Below, one piece after another: positions 28,201 through 39,044 of a stretch of DNA of 64,000 nucleotides. Position 1 is the first letter of the stretch, and each line of letters begins with the position of its first letter. Source of the DNA: Antedon mediterranea (lineage: Eukaryota; Animalia; Echinodermata). The stretch is from assembly GCF_964355755.1 (NCBI RefSeq), contig NC_092680.1:17617045-17681044 (forward strand), read 5' to 3'. Under the pieces are notes generated by a model that did not search any database, was not told the DNA's origin, and worked only from the letters and a program-made list of their open reading frames with translations. The translations under genes were made by a program, and so were the position numbers.

Positions 28201-31200
28201 TAGATATTTTATTTCATAATTTCGAAGTACAATCCAATTTCAGGGCACCTGGCAACTTTATTTTTTTAAATTTTCTTAGCTCCATCCCAACTATGGTGGG
28301 CTGGTTTTGGAGACTTGTATATTTTGTTTCATATTTCAAAGTACAATCAAGTTTCCGGGCACCTAGCAACTCTATTTTTTCAAAATTTTCGTAGCTCCAC
28401 CCAAACCATGCTGTAGAATTTCGTTTCATATTTTAATGTATAAGCGCAATTTCCAGAGACCTGCAACTCTATTGGATGTGGGTCAACCAGGGTGGAGGGA
28501 GTGGATAGTGTTAGTCCCGCATTCGCACCCTCCAGACAGCAACCAGCCTACGCATCTGCACCCCAAACACTTGTCTTGTTTGAATAACAGTCTATGCAAA
28601 GTCCGATATACTCAATAGACAACCTAATTATAAGAGTTTCCATGGAGATACGGCTACGTGTCTATGGTATGTTGAAAATCATCTAACAATACAACACATA
28701 CGTAATTGATACAATGCAAATTGCAAATACAATAAATAAATAATATAATTTTGAACGAGATTAATAAAAATATGTTTAGTTTACTGGACTAAAAAATATG
28801 TAAAAAAAATGTATTGTATCTGATCATGTTTTGTCTTACGTGGGTTCATCCCACTTTTATTTCCATAAATACATTGTACAGTACATTTCTGCTGTACATC
28901 ACTTTATATGTTCTGATCCATTGTGTTTTTAAATTACGTTCACATATATCTTAGCTTATATATTTTAATGTATTGTATCTGATCATTATATAACCAGCTT
29001 TTTATTATATTTAGTGTATGAAATGTATATTAATATTTAATTTTATTTAGACATAATCTCTATATGAATTCCTGCTGGTAAGAAACATAGTTATAATAAA
29101 TGAGCTTGTAGATGTTCTATAAAACAAAAAGAAAAAAACATAAGAAATTAATACTTTGGGAGGGCCTATTTGGGGCGGGGAGGCAACTGGTAAGCGGTGC
29201 ATAACGAAAAAACCCAGATATTTTTTGGAATAATTAGTATTTCGACCAATCTGAGATCAACGGAAAGCTATATTAAATTCAGCATGTTTTAAAATAATAT
29301 ATGTATTTCGAACTACCATTATATTTTCAGGGCGTCACAATATAAATTCCTTTAATTTTTGTTTTTTGTGTGTATAAATACATAATATAAAAGACCACCC
29401 ATTAATTCAACTGATAAAGAAATGTTGAATTGTGGTAAATAAAAATAATATAAAATCATAGGTTTGAGGTACAACAAATGCAATGCATGCAGAAGAAAAA
29501 TGTTATGCTAGTACCCCCCCCCCCCCTCCTCCGCCCCCCAAACTAGATACAGTTCCTATGTCTAAGTGTCATTTCAATATGCAGTTATGCAGTTACAACG
29601 TTTGGATAACGTTTATTTGAAAAGTTTATCTGCGAGACAGGCTATAATTTTAAACGAGAGTTTCAGCTTAGAATTCTACTGATTGTTGTGGGCCAACATA
29701 AACAATAATAATTCTGAACTCTGCCCTTAAAGATGTATTTTCCCCCTGAAAAAATAATTCTTTTTGTTGAATACGTCATTTTAATGTCACATAATAGTTG
29801 TATAAATAAAAAATAATAAATAAAATGTATTTACCTAAAAAACTGTCATTTAAAGCACAATACAGTCAATTGGCTGCCAGCCAATTAGTTTTTGGTTGAA
29901 TTTAACCATTTATTTTGTCATTTTATAAGTGAAAACATTTATTTTTTCCGTTTTTTCTACGAAAGTGATTAACTTTATTAAAACTATTAAAAAATCTATT
30001 CAAAGTCAGTTTTGTCTTCATTTTCATATTATCTGAGGATTACTAGTAATCGATACTTTATGATGATAATAATAATAATAATCATTTTTTCGATATCGTA
30101 AAAACCATGTATGCAAGGTATAGTACCATCGATCAACAGGCTGACAAAAACTCAGGGGGACGCGAATCACGTCTAAAACTCAGAGGGACGCGAATCACGT
30201 CAAATACTGTCTCTAAACTGACGAAAAAAATATAATCTATAGAATAATAATTCATTCAGTTTCGGTTGACCATCAACCAGAAAAAATGCAAAGAAATGTA
30301 TTACACGAATATGCATTAATAACTTGTGTAGTTGTTATTAATATTATTATCTCATAAACATTTATTAGGTACATATAAATTTAACAAGATATATATTAAA
30401 TTCATTGTTTATTTATAATATAAGCATTGCATTAATATATGAAGAACGGACATATTCCGCACGATATCATTATTACTGTATGATATAACTATTAAAATTG
30501 ATGAATATTTATTGAAGCGAAATTGCATTTTATGGGTTTTTGCGTCGTAACGTATATAATTGACGCAAAATGAGTTCTTGTTCCTTATTGATAGGTCTAT
30601 TATGCAATATTTTAATTTTCTGATACAGTAGCCGTTAATAATACTGCTCGTTTAATACGTTTGGATAAACAGTATCGTATCGATTAAAAAAAATCCGTTT
30701 CTTTGCCAAGCGATTTGTAGGCTATAATACAGTACATACATATAACGAACACATTCACTATCTGGGATATTAGGCTATACTTAATGTTGAGGTAAACTGT
30801 GCGGTAGACCACGTGTACATTTAGTTCTGAAAAGAACTGTTGAGTTTGTCGGCGTTTTGATATTACTGAACATTAGGACAGAACCACCCCCCCCCCCCCC
30901 CCCACACAATTAAAAAAAAACGGAAACAAGACAAATTACAGTATTAATGTTATTCTTAAACTGATCAATCATATGTATTATTACCATCAACTGCCGTTAT
31001 CATCCCAATTTTTTTTTTTTTTACTATTGATTATTTTTTGGTTTGTGGAGGAAGATTTTCATCAGCGAGTCATCTCTCGACATACACTATAATATAATAC
31101 AGAACCTAGTTACGCATGTTAATGTATTGTGTAGCGTGGCCTACAATTGGAGTGTGCTTCCTCACTTGATTCCTTCGTTTGGGGACGGCTAACGGCACAA

Positions 31201-32762
31201 TATGCACTAGAGATCGTAGGTACGTCCCGGTCGAAATTTAAGTACGTTCAAACTGTTTGCTGTGAATACCAATTACTGTGTGAAATAATTACCATTTAAA
31301 AGAAATTTAGGCTAACACAAGTTCAATTGGTAGGCTTACCGGAATAATACATTACTCGTCAATTACAGGATGGATAAACTGTTTTATATTGTATCGTGTT
31401 TAAACCTAGTCTCATTTTAGGCTTAGGGAGTGAAGTTGAAAGAGTTACAAGTCTGGCACTAAGGTCAGGATTGAACCCTTAACCCAAGTTACCCACCAAG
31501 CTACAGTTCCACTCATCTCATAGAACTAATATATAGGCCTAATGATTATCTACTGTAATACTATAAAGATACAACTGTCATTGTGCAACGTTATTAGATT
31601 ATATTATCGACACGATCCCGCGAGTCATTATGCATTTTAAAAAAATAATACCCATCATCAAGGACATTTCTCCATAACGCAATTAACATTAATTGTCTGC
31701 AATTTCAAATTACCTGATATACCATTCTACATGTGTTTCTACCAATTAACAGGTCAATCATATTTTTACAAGTTAATGTCGTAACGTGATTTAGGTGTAT
31801 GTCATTTAGCGATATACCTTACAATAATACAATTAATTTTATATCTATAAGCTTATCCTTACGGGTATTATAGGTATAGGATTCTTGTTAGTAAATGCGA
31901 CATGAGAAGGAAATAACGATTAGATAATCGTACTAAACTTTATGAATCCCCTCCCCCACCCCCCAAAACCGGATTAATATATGGAGTGCAAACAGTCAAG
32001 GAAAGTGCAGTAAAAGTCATTCGAGATGGGGAGGAATCTCATACAATTGAAAAAAAAAACAAGCAAATTTCTAAAAATATTAAAATCAATCATAATTTTT
32101 TTTTCTCTGTCAAGATGTTACCATCTGGTAACTCCCAAAAAAATTACCGATAAAAACCCCAGATTTCTCTGTCTAATTTCAACTATGCGCTGAATTTTTC
32201 AAAATTCGTGTAGTAAAAAAAAATCTATTGATAGATGATCGATAGAAATGTTAATAATAATTATAGTTAATCTAGTGATAATAATAACAGTATTGTGTAA
32301 TTATATATTACCAGTAGTGTTATATATTTCATTTCATCTTTTATTTCGGAAAAAATAATACAGGGTACAAAATTCTCCATAGCTCAAGACAAAATTAGTG
32401 TCCACATTATTATAAATATAAAGGAAACAAAATATATATATTTTTTTACTAGCACACATACTAAACATTATTACCTGTTCATCTTCTCTAGCTGGATCTA
32501 ATTCCACTATCGGTTTTCCGAGATATGCCTTTGGTACTTTTCCGTATCGTTCTGGTAGAGGTTTAGGAGGTATAAGATCCACATCATATGTCTTAGACTT
32601 TGGTTCCTCTTCTTCTTCCTCTTCCGAAAGTATACTTCTTTTACTGGCGGCTCTTTCCACGTTTCCATCTGTTGTCTCCGTTCCTCTTTCCACCTCATTC
32701 TGAAGGTAGTCGACCGTGAAGAGTTTTAATTTTGAGTTTTGACTATCCTTATCTGTACTCAT
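1263..32762 (-). CDS. Nav2: Voltage-gated sodium-channel-family alpha subunit, Nav2 (BSC1/DSC1-like, DEEA selectivity filter), about 1880 aa
   Basis: Frame-consistent coding exons: 32475-32762, 25109-25239, 23362-23448, 22705-22857, 21226-21332, 18370-18576, 17765-17822, 16968-17112, 15828-15956, 15115-15330, 13425-13494, 12664-12932, 12078-12254, 11314-11661, 10499-10811, 9712-9878, 8491-8856, 6669-6842, 6053-6175, 5439-5702, 5016-5069, 4614-4751, 4055-4168, 2868-3138, 1263-2536 (sum 5643 nt). Four S4 segments ([12 protein letters not shown]; [17 protein letters not shown]; [18 protein letters not shown]; [18 protein letters not shown]). Pore loops TLDYWE, CGEWIE, TFEGWME, TSAGWND. III-IV linker DMFLT. 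C-terminal EF-hand-like region and IQ-like VLQRAWR. Confidence 0.96.
6338..6530. mobile_element. Hairpin-containing interspersed repeat
   Basis: AAAGAACTGTTGAGTTTCTCGACGTTTCG...CGAAACGTCGAGAAACTCAACAGTTCTTT. Related copies at about 30825-30860 and 61115-61262. Confidence 0.65.
6920..8472. repeat. Purine-rich minisatellite/low-complexity tract (about 24-bp unit GAGAATGAGAAGGAGTAGTAGGAA) in a Nav2 intron
   Basis: Almost C-free, AG-rich plus strand; regular from about 7500 onward. Confidence 0.9.
9584..9654 (-). CDS. Candidate alternative (mutually exclusive) exon of Nav2 II-III linker, [24 protein letters not shown]
   Basis: ttattag|AAATTCG...AATAACCAG|gtttgt. 71 nt, phase 1 in and phase 0 out, same phases as exon 9712-9878 and with similar ends. 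Confidence 0.5.
10201..10274. repeat. (TA)n microsatellite
   Basis: Perfect TA run of about 37 units. Confidence 0.98.
14349..14375 (-). CDS. Candidate 27-nt microexon of Nav2 (I-II linker; DLLEEEDDD)
   Basis: ctaag|GATTTACTTGAAGAAGAAGATGATGAT|gtaagt. Phase 0/0, matching the neighbours. Confidence 0.6.
14661..14755. repeat. 19-bp tandem repeat CCTATGGGACAGGAACACA x5
   Basis: Seen directly. Confidence 0.95.
14761..15039. mobile_element. Kolobok-like MITE (TTAA flanks)
   Basis: TTAA|AGATGTATTGTC...GACAATACATCT|TTAA. Partial relatives at about 29727-30030 and 36645-36770. Confidence 0.75.
17510..17521 (-). CDS. Candidate 12-nt microexon of Nav2 (domain I extracellular S5-P loop; adds GGWS)
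   Basis: ttctaatc..polypyrimidine..catag|CGGTGGATGGAG|gtaaga. Symmetric phase 2, matching the flanking exons. Confidence 0.7.
20466..21196 (+). mobile_element. Helentron/DINE-1-like non-autonomous element (HINE)
   Basis: Starts TTTTTAGTCGC..GTGACT (subterminal inverted repeat), has (GTCG/GTCT)n microsatellites near both ends, and ends CACGCGACT + GCCATCTATATGGC stem-loop + TTGTT. Confidence 0.7.
21457..21895. repeat. About 145-bp tandem triplication
   Basis: ATTATTAGAGGCCC...TTAGTGTGATTGAGTCGTGAAAACTA occurs three times. Confidence 0.9.
23449..25108 (-). other. U12-type (minor spliceosome) AT-AC intron in Nav2 domain I
   Basis: Donor CATAG|ATATCCTTTG at 25108, U12 branch site TTCCTTAAC at 23466-23458, acceptor AAGAATCAC| at 23449. 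Splicing gives in-frame [11 protein letters not shown]. Confidence 0.95.
23744..24337 (-). mobile_element. 5'-truncated non-LTR retrotransposon (Rex1/Babar-like, CR1 group) 3' end
   Basis: [17 protein letters not shown]...[20 protein letters not shown]...DPTHPLH, typical of the post-RT region, then a 3' UTR with AATAAA-like signal and a (CTTGAAT)n tail at 23744-23764. Confidence 0.85.
26495..26850. repeat. About 45-bp tandem repeat interrupted by a palindromic insert
   Basis: Units ACGCGTTTACATGTCTAAACACATTTAAAAGTGCTTTATTTAA; insert CTTAATTCTTACCTTTAGTAATTCTTAC / GTAAGAATTACTAAAGGTAAGAATTAAG at 26681-26741. Confidence 0.9.
27722..28470. repeat. 115-bp satellite with 230-bp dimeric higher-order structure
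   Basis: CTGGTCCTGGAGAC recurs at 27841, 27956, 28071, 28186, 28301; alternate units are more similar to each other. Confidence 0.9.
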
Positions 32763-33781
32763 TTTATCTGTTTCTACACCTCGACAATAAATCTATCGCT
32801 ATGCAATTTTGATTATAAAAGTATACAATGTTAGCTATGCCATCCATGGTTTGGTAACATGATTTAAACTATAGGTATAGATACTTGCGGTCTCAATGTC
32901 GAACATGACGTAACAATCCAATGTAGAAACAATTATGCCGTGTATAAAGAGTAGGAACAAACCGACTTGATTGCAATTTATATCCACTAATAATTGAGTT
33001 CTCACATGCGGAAGGCACTATAGGGAGGCGATGTTAAAAATCCATTGCTGTCGACTAAAGGCGCTGCTGTACGAAAAGAAATATCGATCCATTCTGTCAA
33101 GAGATTGTGGCAAGTAATAACGAACCATTCACATGTGAACAAATTAATATCAATCGGAAACTAGAAACCAATCCTAACTATGTGTTGATAAGGACTAAGG
33201 ATACGTTGTGTAGGCCTAAGTATTTTCCTTAGAGGATGTCCCAATGTACAGCTAGGGGATCACCGTTACCTCTTCACCCCTATTTAGCAGATCTCAGGCT
33301 CAATGTTGATTCTAAAAAGATCCAAACCCTTTTGTTTCCGGAACTATTGTTACCGTACTGGAGGCCGATTTATCCTTTAGTTGCTACAACAGTGGCTATT
33401 GTTCGTATTTTGGAGATTTCGTGACATGCGCAGTGGCACTGATCGAGATTGGCATTTCCATTCAACGAGGTATTCTATTATGAACGTGTGCTTATTTGCA
33501 TGTTAATGAGAATTAACGCCTGTTTACTGGCAACCAACTTGGATTTCAAGGTGTGCGCTACTTGCTTATTTATTTCAAGTAATTTACACAAAAATAGGGC
33601 AATAATTGCCTCGTGTTTTACTAAAAACATATATACAATTCACTGTCATTAGTTCAACCTAAAAGCTTGGAGCTGACAAATTATCATAATTATTAAAATA
33701 TAAATATAAATTCAAAGCATACACAAGGTCTCTACGTAGCCTTTATAAACTTATATTTGTATGTAGGCCTATTTACATAAA

Positions 33782-33975
33782 CAGTGGCGGAAGCAACGGA
33801 GTGTACAAAGTTGATCAAATTAATTAATTATATTTTAAAAATTTATGGTCTGATTATAAGAGAGGGTGGGGCTGAAAGTAGGATGCTACATGTGATGTAC
33901 GTACTAGTTCACAAGAACTTCTTGTTACCGTTAGACCCTGCCCCACCGCTTGTCAAAATCCTAGATCCGCCACTG
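33782..33975. mobile_element. hAT-like MITE
   Basis: TIR CAGTGGCGGA...TCCGCCACTG. A related element lies at about 51743-51903. Confidence 0.6.
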
Positions 33976-35504
33976 AAAGGAGATATGTGATCCCTACCCA
34001 ATTAAGAAATGGTGTCCAAAAAAATGCCTTCCCATCTCTGGACCAGATCCGCCTATAATATGAATTTATAGAATATGTTATATATGATAAATCAGTATTG
34101 TTAGCCACGAAGGTAAAATATAGGTTTCATTCATCAACCCAGTTTACTAACGGTTCATGCGTTGGACCAAACTAATGATGATCAATATATTGAATGGTCA
34201 GTGGGCAAAAATCGTTTAATCTTCTTAGGACTAGCCTTCATTGTCATGTTTAAAATAACATTAAAGATTAAAACCAATGACCCTGAGGCCTAACTAACTA
34301 TAGTGAAGATCAAAATCGTTCTGTAATATTTGAAATTTAAGCAATTATTTATATTTTGCTTAGATATAGTGCAGCATAATCAGAACTAACTCAGTTAGTA
34401 ACGGTTACCCATCTCCACATCTTATAATATGATTGCAATGGCGTTTTTGCAACCTGCGTTTTTAACACTACTTTAACATTGGCCTATAGCGTTTTTGCAA
34501 TGTGCGTTTTTAACACTACTTTAACATTGGCCTATAGCGTTTTTGCAACGTATTTGTTATTGTCTTAATTAAGCCAAGCAAAATGAATTTTCATTTTAAG
34601 TGGACCAATAAAATGTCTTGAATCTTAATTTGTATTTCATGACAGCTTAGTTTGCTCTTGTATTCCTCTATTTGTGTTATACTGTAGTAGATAATAAACA
34701 AACAAATATCTATCTTTGTTATTTTGCACCTATTATTATGATAATTATAAATGCTATATGTTATCAAATTTGTATTTTCTAGTGAAACCTAACCATCTCA
34801 ACACCTCAACGAGCAACAAAAATTGTATGAATATATAAGTAATGGGCAAGAACATTGTTGGACCAAGACAAGCTAACAACAGGATGCTGAGCTCCGGAGA
34901 TCAAATGGTTTATATGTGACTGCGACATGATCAGTTGAATGGCACGCCCCTTAACATATAAATTAACTATTTTTTTGCTTTAAACTACAATTTCTTTTAA
35001 GGTAAATAATTTGTTTGATCCGAGTTTTGTTCTAAGTGAATAACTATTATTAATAGCATATTCAACAACAACAATTTAATAATATCTTTATTAACCTTGT
35101 TTTATGTTCTAAAAAGTGGTTGAATGAATGAATTTCTATATTAATAAATACATCTTCAACACATGATAGACATTATAATTTACCCTTCAACTCGTATAGT
35201 GTTCAATCGTAGATCTATGTAAGGCGTTAATTCATTTCAAATGAATTCCAAATCCGTAACTCATCTAACAAGTCCAGTTCCTATGGGACGCATTTTGTGA
35301 CAATTAAGGCTCTAGGATGAATGCAGTCACCCGAGGGAACCTGTCAGTTATGTATGTTACAATGACAGCGAATTAATTAATAAATAATTGAAAAAAATAT
35401 TGTTATTTATTATATACTGGAACGCCATAGTTGTCTGTTCTGCTTTTCCTACGCAAGAACAACACACAGTGAAATTCAAGGGATATAATAATCAAGAATG
35501 TTGT

Positions 35505-35803
35505 GGGGCGTGTGGTGCAGTGTCTCGGACGTTGGACTACTAATTGTGAGATCGAGGTTCGAAATCCAACTCTGCCGCATTGCTTGTATCCTTAGGCAAG
35601 ATACTTTACTTTACTCCACCCGGGTGTATAACTGGGTACCCGGTTAGATAAAGACACAACTTTGCGCTGATTACTAGCTGCATTATGAGAGTATGTTTCC
35701 ATACGTGTTTGATCCAAAAAAAATGTCTGGGGTAATAATGTTCAGAGCTTAGAGGTTTCAAAACATTAGGCGCTATATAAATCCAGGATATTATTATTAT
35801 TAT
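35505..35803 (+). mobile_element. tRNA-derived SINE, second family
   Basis: A box GTGGTGCAGTG, B box GGTTCGAAATCC, central CCTTAGGCAAGATACTTTAC..CACCCGGGTGTATAACTGGGTACC domain, GCGCTATATAAAT and (ATT)n tail. Second copy at 39747-39992. Confidence 0.85.
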
Positions 35804-35950
35804 ATTGCCTGATGGTTCATAAAATCAACTAAATTTCTTGCCACAAAATAACCGATTACAGAGTATATTTTTAATATTAATCTTTGTTATGCTTATATTC
35901 TAAAGTAGCTATGTCATCGAGCATTAGTTGAGTTTAGGAGACAGGGACTG

Positions 35951-36272
35951 CCAGCGATTTTTGTTTCGTACATAAGTTGAAAGATAGCCGAATAACTTCC
36001 CTAAATATAAATAAACCTAACCCTCTAAATAATCTCTCTCACACTATAAAGTAAAAGAAGTAACTCATAAGAGTCGAACCCCATACATCGACAGTCCATA
36101 GTCTTATCCACTCGACTACACAGACGGCTCGACAGAAATCGCTTGCATTAGCGAATTGTAGTTAGCTCAATTCTTACGTCACACCTTATGGATATGACTA
36201 ATGAATATTCATGTTTATATTGTTATGTTTCACGAGGGGTCTCCAACTTATGTATGAAAAGAAATATCGTGG
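35951..36272. mobile_element. TIR element containing a tRNA-like A/B-box segment
   Basis: Imperfect TIR CGATTTTTGTTTCGTACATAAGTTG / CAACTTATGTATGAAAAGAAATATCG, with internal minus-strand TAGTCGAGTGGATAAGAC...GGGTTCGACTC at 36071-36120. Confidence 0.55.
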
Positions 36273-36772
36273 GCTGCCAAGGGGGACCCTGGGGGTCAGG
36301 GGGACCCTGGGGGTCAGAGGGAGCGAATTCACCGTTCCAACGTAATTCGATACTGTTTTAATCGATTATGAGGCAATTTGCTCTTTTTTGGTACATGTAA
36401 AATACTGTGCACGCACATCCATTCTTTCACATGAACTTTTGGATAGTGTGACACAATATAAATAAGGAAAACCACCGAACCTGACCATAAATGCTATTGC
36501 CTGAATTCTGCCCTGCTTGTATTTCAATCCCACATATTCTAATCAGGAAAGTGGGCAATTACAATTTGTCCATGATTCTAATGCGTTAACCATGGTTACT
36601 CCATTAACCCATTGCTGGATTTTTCGAGGCTGTTAAATATAATTATATTGTCCCCTGAACAAATAATTTTGTAAATTGTTTTTGTTGACTATACCATTTT
36701 AATGTCACACAGTTCGACTTCACCAAAAATTGGATTAAAAAATATTGTTTACCTCAAACTGTAATTAAACGA

Positions 36773-36856
36773 AACAAGGCCATATACATGGCTACAGTCG
36801 CGTACTCAAGTTAGTGTTTACCGACCAACCGACCGACATAGTGAGCTGTAGAGTCA
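36773..36856 (-). mobile_element. Internally deleted copy of the DINE-like element, in the MOCS2 promoter region
   Basis: Reverse complement joins the 5' end (GACTCTACAGCTCACTATGTCGGTCGG) directly to the 3' end (GGTAAACACTAA..CGCGACTGTAGCCATGTATATGGCCTTGTT) of 20466-21196. Confidence 0.75.
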
Positions 36857-36950
36857 AATTGACTGGAAGTCATTGTGTTTTTGGTTGGTCTTCTAAAGTT
36901 TCTGTATACAGAGGGCGCTATTTAACTTACCTGGATGTTTTTAATCTAGG

Positions 36951-38598
36951 ATGGCTGAATGTGCAGTAACAAAAATAAATGTACATGTGTTGTTTTTCGC
37001 AAAAAGTCGAGAACTAACTGGTACAACGGAGACGTATCTAGATCTTCCAAGTAATATTAGTACAATAGAGCTATTGAAACAGTTAATTACATCATATCCA
37101 AAGTAAGTTTTAATCCTACTACAATAATACAGTGTGTATCTTGACTGGCCTGTTCTGTTTTAGGCCTGCCTGTCTATCCTAGCTAGCATAAATAGTCAAT
37201 ACACAACTGTACCGCGTCGCGGCCTACTCAACTCGGCCTTCGAGTGTAGTCAACCTCGATTGGTGCCATAAGACCTTATTATATACTCTACCCGCATATA
37301 AATAGTGCAGTACTGTACTACAGTATGTACTGTATTAGTATTATCATGGTATTATATTAGGCGCCGCCTACTAGCCTAGGTATATACCATGGTCCATGGA
37401 GTAAAGATTCTTTACTCCATGGATGGTATATACTTGTTATGCGCGATTTGAACGATTTGCGCAATTTGAAATTGCGCAACAAAAATCCTTGCGCAATTTG
37501 AATTGAAACATGTGTTTCAAATTGCGCAAGCAACGTATTAAATTGCGCAAGTAATCTGCAAATTGCGCAAGGTTTTTCGACAGATTGTGAAATCATGCAC
37601 ACCCGTATTTTTATAGTAATTTCTAAGAATGATTCAAAATTAAAGATAAATATCGCATTTCCTTATTTTAGTAGTGCAAATATTGTTATAAGTTAGCAAA
37701 CCGACGAAGGAAAACGAAGCGGTGGTGTTCCACCAGGCGGGCGCGGCGCGGGCGGCCGGCTATACTACTCTAGCCTAGCTAGGGTCTGGACTACTGATAC
37801 TGACTAGGTTACATGGCCTAGCTTAAACTAATATTAAAAACTTAATTTTTACATTTATTTTGATTTATTTCAAGTTACAGTGATAATATTATTTAATTGT
37901 AATAATAAATGTTATGTATTTATTACACACATCTTCGCATTTATTATGTTTTATTTTGAGTTATTTAGTTTCCAATAAATTATTATAATACCGATTGTCT
38001 GGTAGAATTTTGTTGCGCAATTTGAAAATTTACAGTTCGTTTTCAAATTGCGCAAAGGTGTCATATTGCGCAAGAACTATCTATCCTTGCGCAATTTTAA
38101 ATTGCGCAAGAATTCTTTGCGCAATTTCAAATTGTGCAAGGATTTTTTTGCGCAATTTCAAATTGCGCAAATCGTTCAAATCGATGATTTGAATAGACGG
38201 ACCTCCTCCCTCTCATTATGTTAAAGGCTAGTGGTCAAACAATCTCTATTGATCATACATTCCATTTTCATTGACTATCGACCCATTATCAATCATCAAT
38301 TTTGGGAAGTTTGTGTTACACAATAACAAAAAAATGGCACTGTCTGTGAGGATGATACCCTGTAGTAAATCCTACCCATTTTTAATCTTCTTTTGAATTA
38401 CAATGTCTTGCTTGTAGTGTAGCTGAGTTTTAACATATCAATAAACACATGCATCTCTCTTTTTTGTTTAGACTTGATGTGTTGAAAGAAAATCTAGTTA
38501 TTGCTGTAAACCAAGAATATGTGCAAGACCGATCGCTACCCCTTGATTTGAAAGATAATTCTGAGATTGCAATTATACCACCATTGAGTGGTGGCTAA
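36951..38598 (+). CDS. MOCS2A: Molybdopterin synthase sulfur carrier subunit (MoaD-like, ubiquitin fold), 92 aa
   Basis: Exons 36951-37102 and 38472-38598. Translation MAECAVTKINVHVLFFAKSRELTG...LVIAVNQEYV...EIAIIPPLSGG*, with the diagnostic C-terminal Gly-Gly. Absent from the supplied ORF track. Confidence 0.93.
37436..38190. mobile_element. Foldback/MITE-like element with long inverted arms built of TTGCGCAA (MOCS2 intron 1)
   Basis: Left arm CGATTTGAACGATTTGCGCAATTTGAAATTGCGCAA is the reverse complement of the right arm ending ...TTGCGCAAATCGTTCAAATCG. Confidence 0.8.
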
Positions 38599-39044
38599 TT
38601 AATATTAATAATTTAATTGGATTGGTACGTTCAATCATGGAGAACTCCTTATCTACAAAATGATTTCTTAATTTATTAATTGTGAGATACTGTCTTTTTA
38701 ATATTCCTTATATCTTTTCATGTACAGCAGTCGTTAAAAGGCCAAACAAGTTTCTCTACAGTCAGGGTAGAAAAAATTGCATAAGGCTTCCTACTTTCTA
38801 GGAGTTTTATCAGATAATCTATATTGTTTTGGCAACTTTTGTAACATGACAACAGTGCTGATTCCCTCCCCCCCCCCCCCCCCACCCCCTAACTGTCTAC
38901 TGAATAATAAAGTTCTAATTGAATTGGATATTGACTAATATTAATTTAGTAATTATTATTATTATTATTATTATTAGCATGGAGTAGCATGTTGTTTGCA
39001 ACCTTATAAAAATAATTTAAATCTTTTTTTTTTACTTTTTAGGT

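Noticed and set aside
36924-36935. U1 snRNA 5' end (ACTTACCTGG)
   Set aside because: The match ends after 10 nt, with no U1 body or Sm site.
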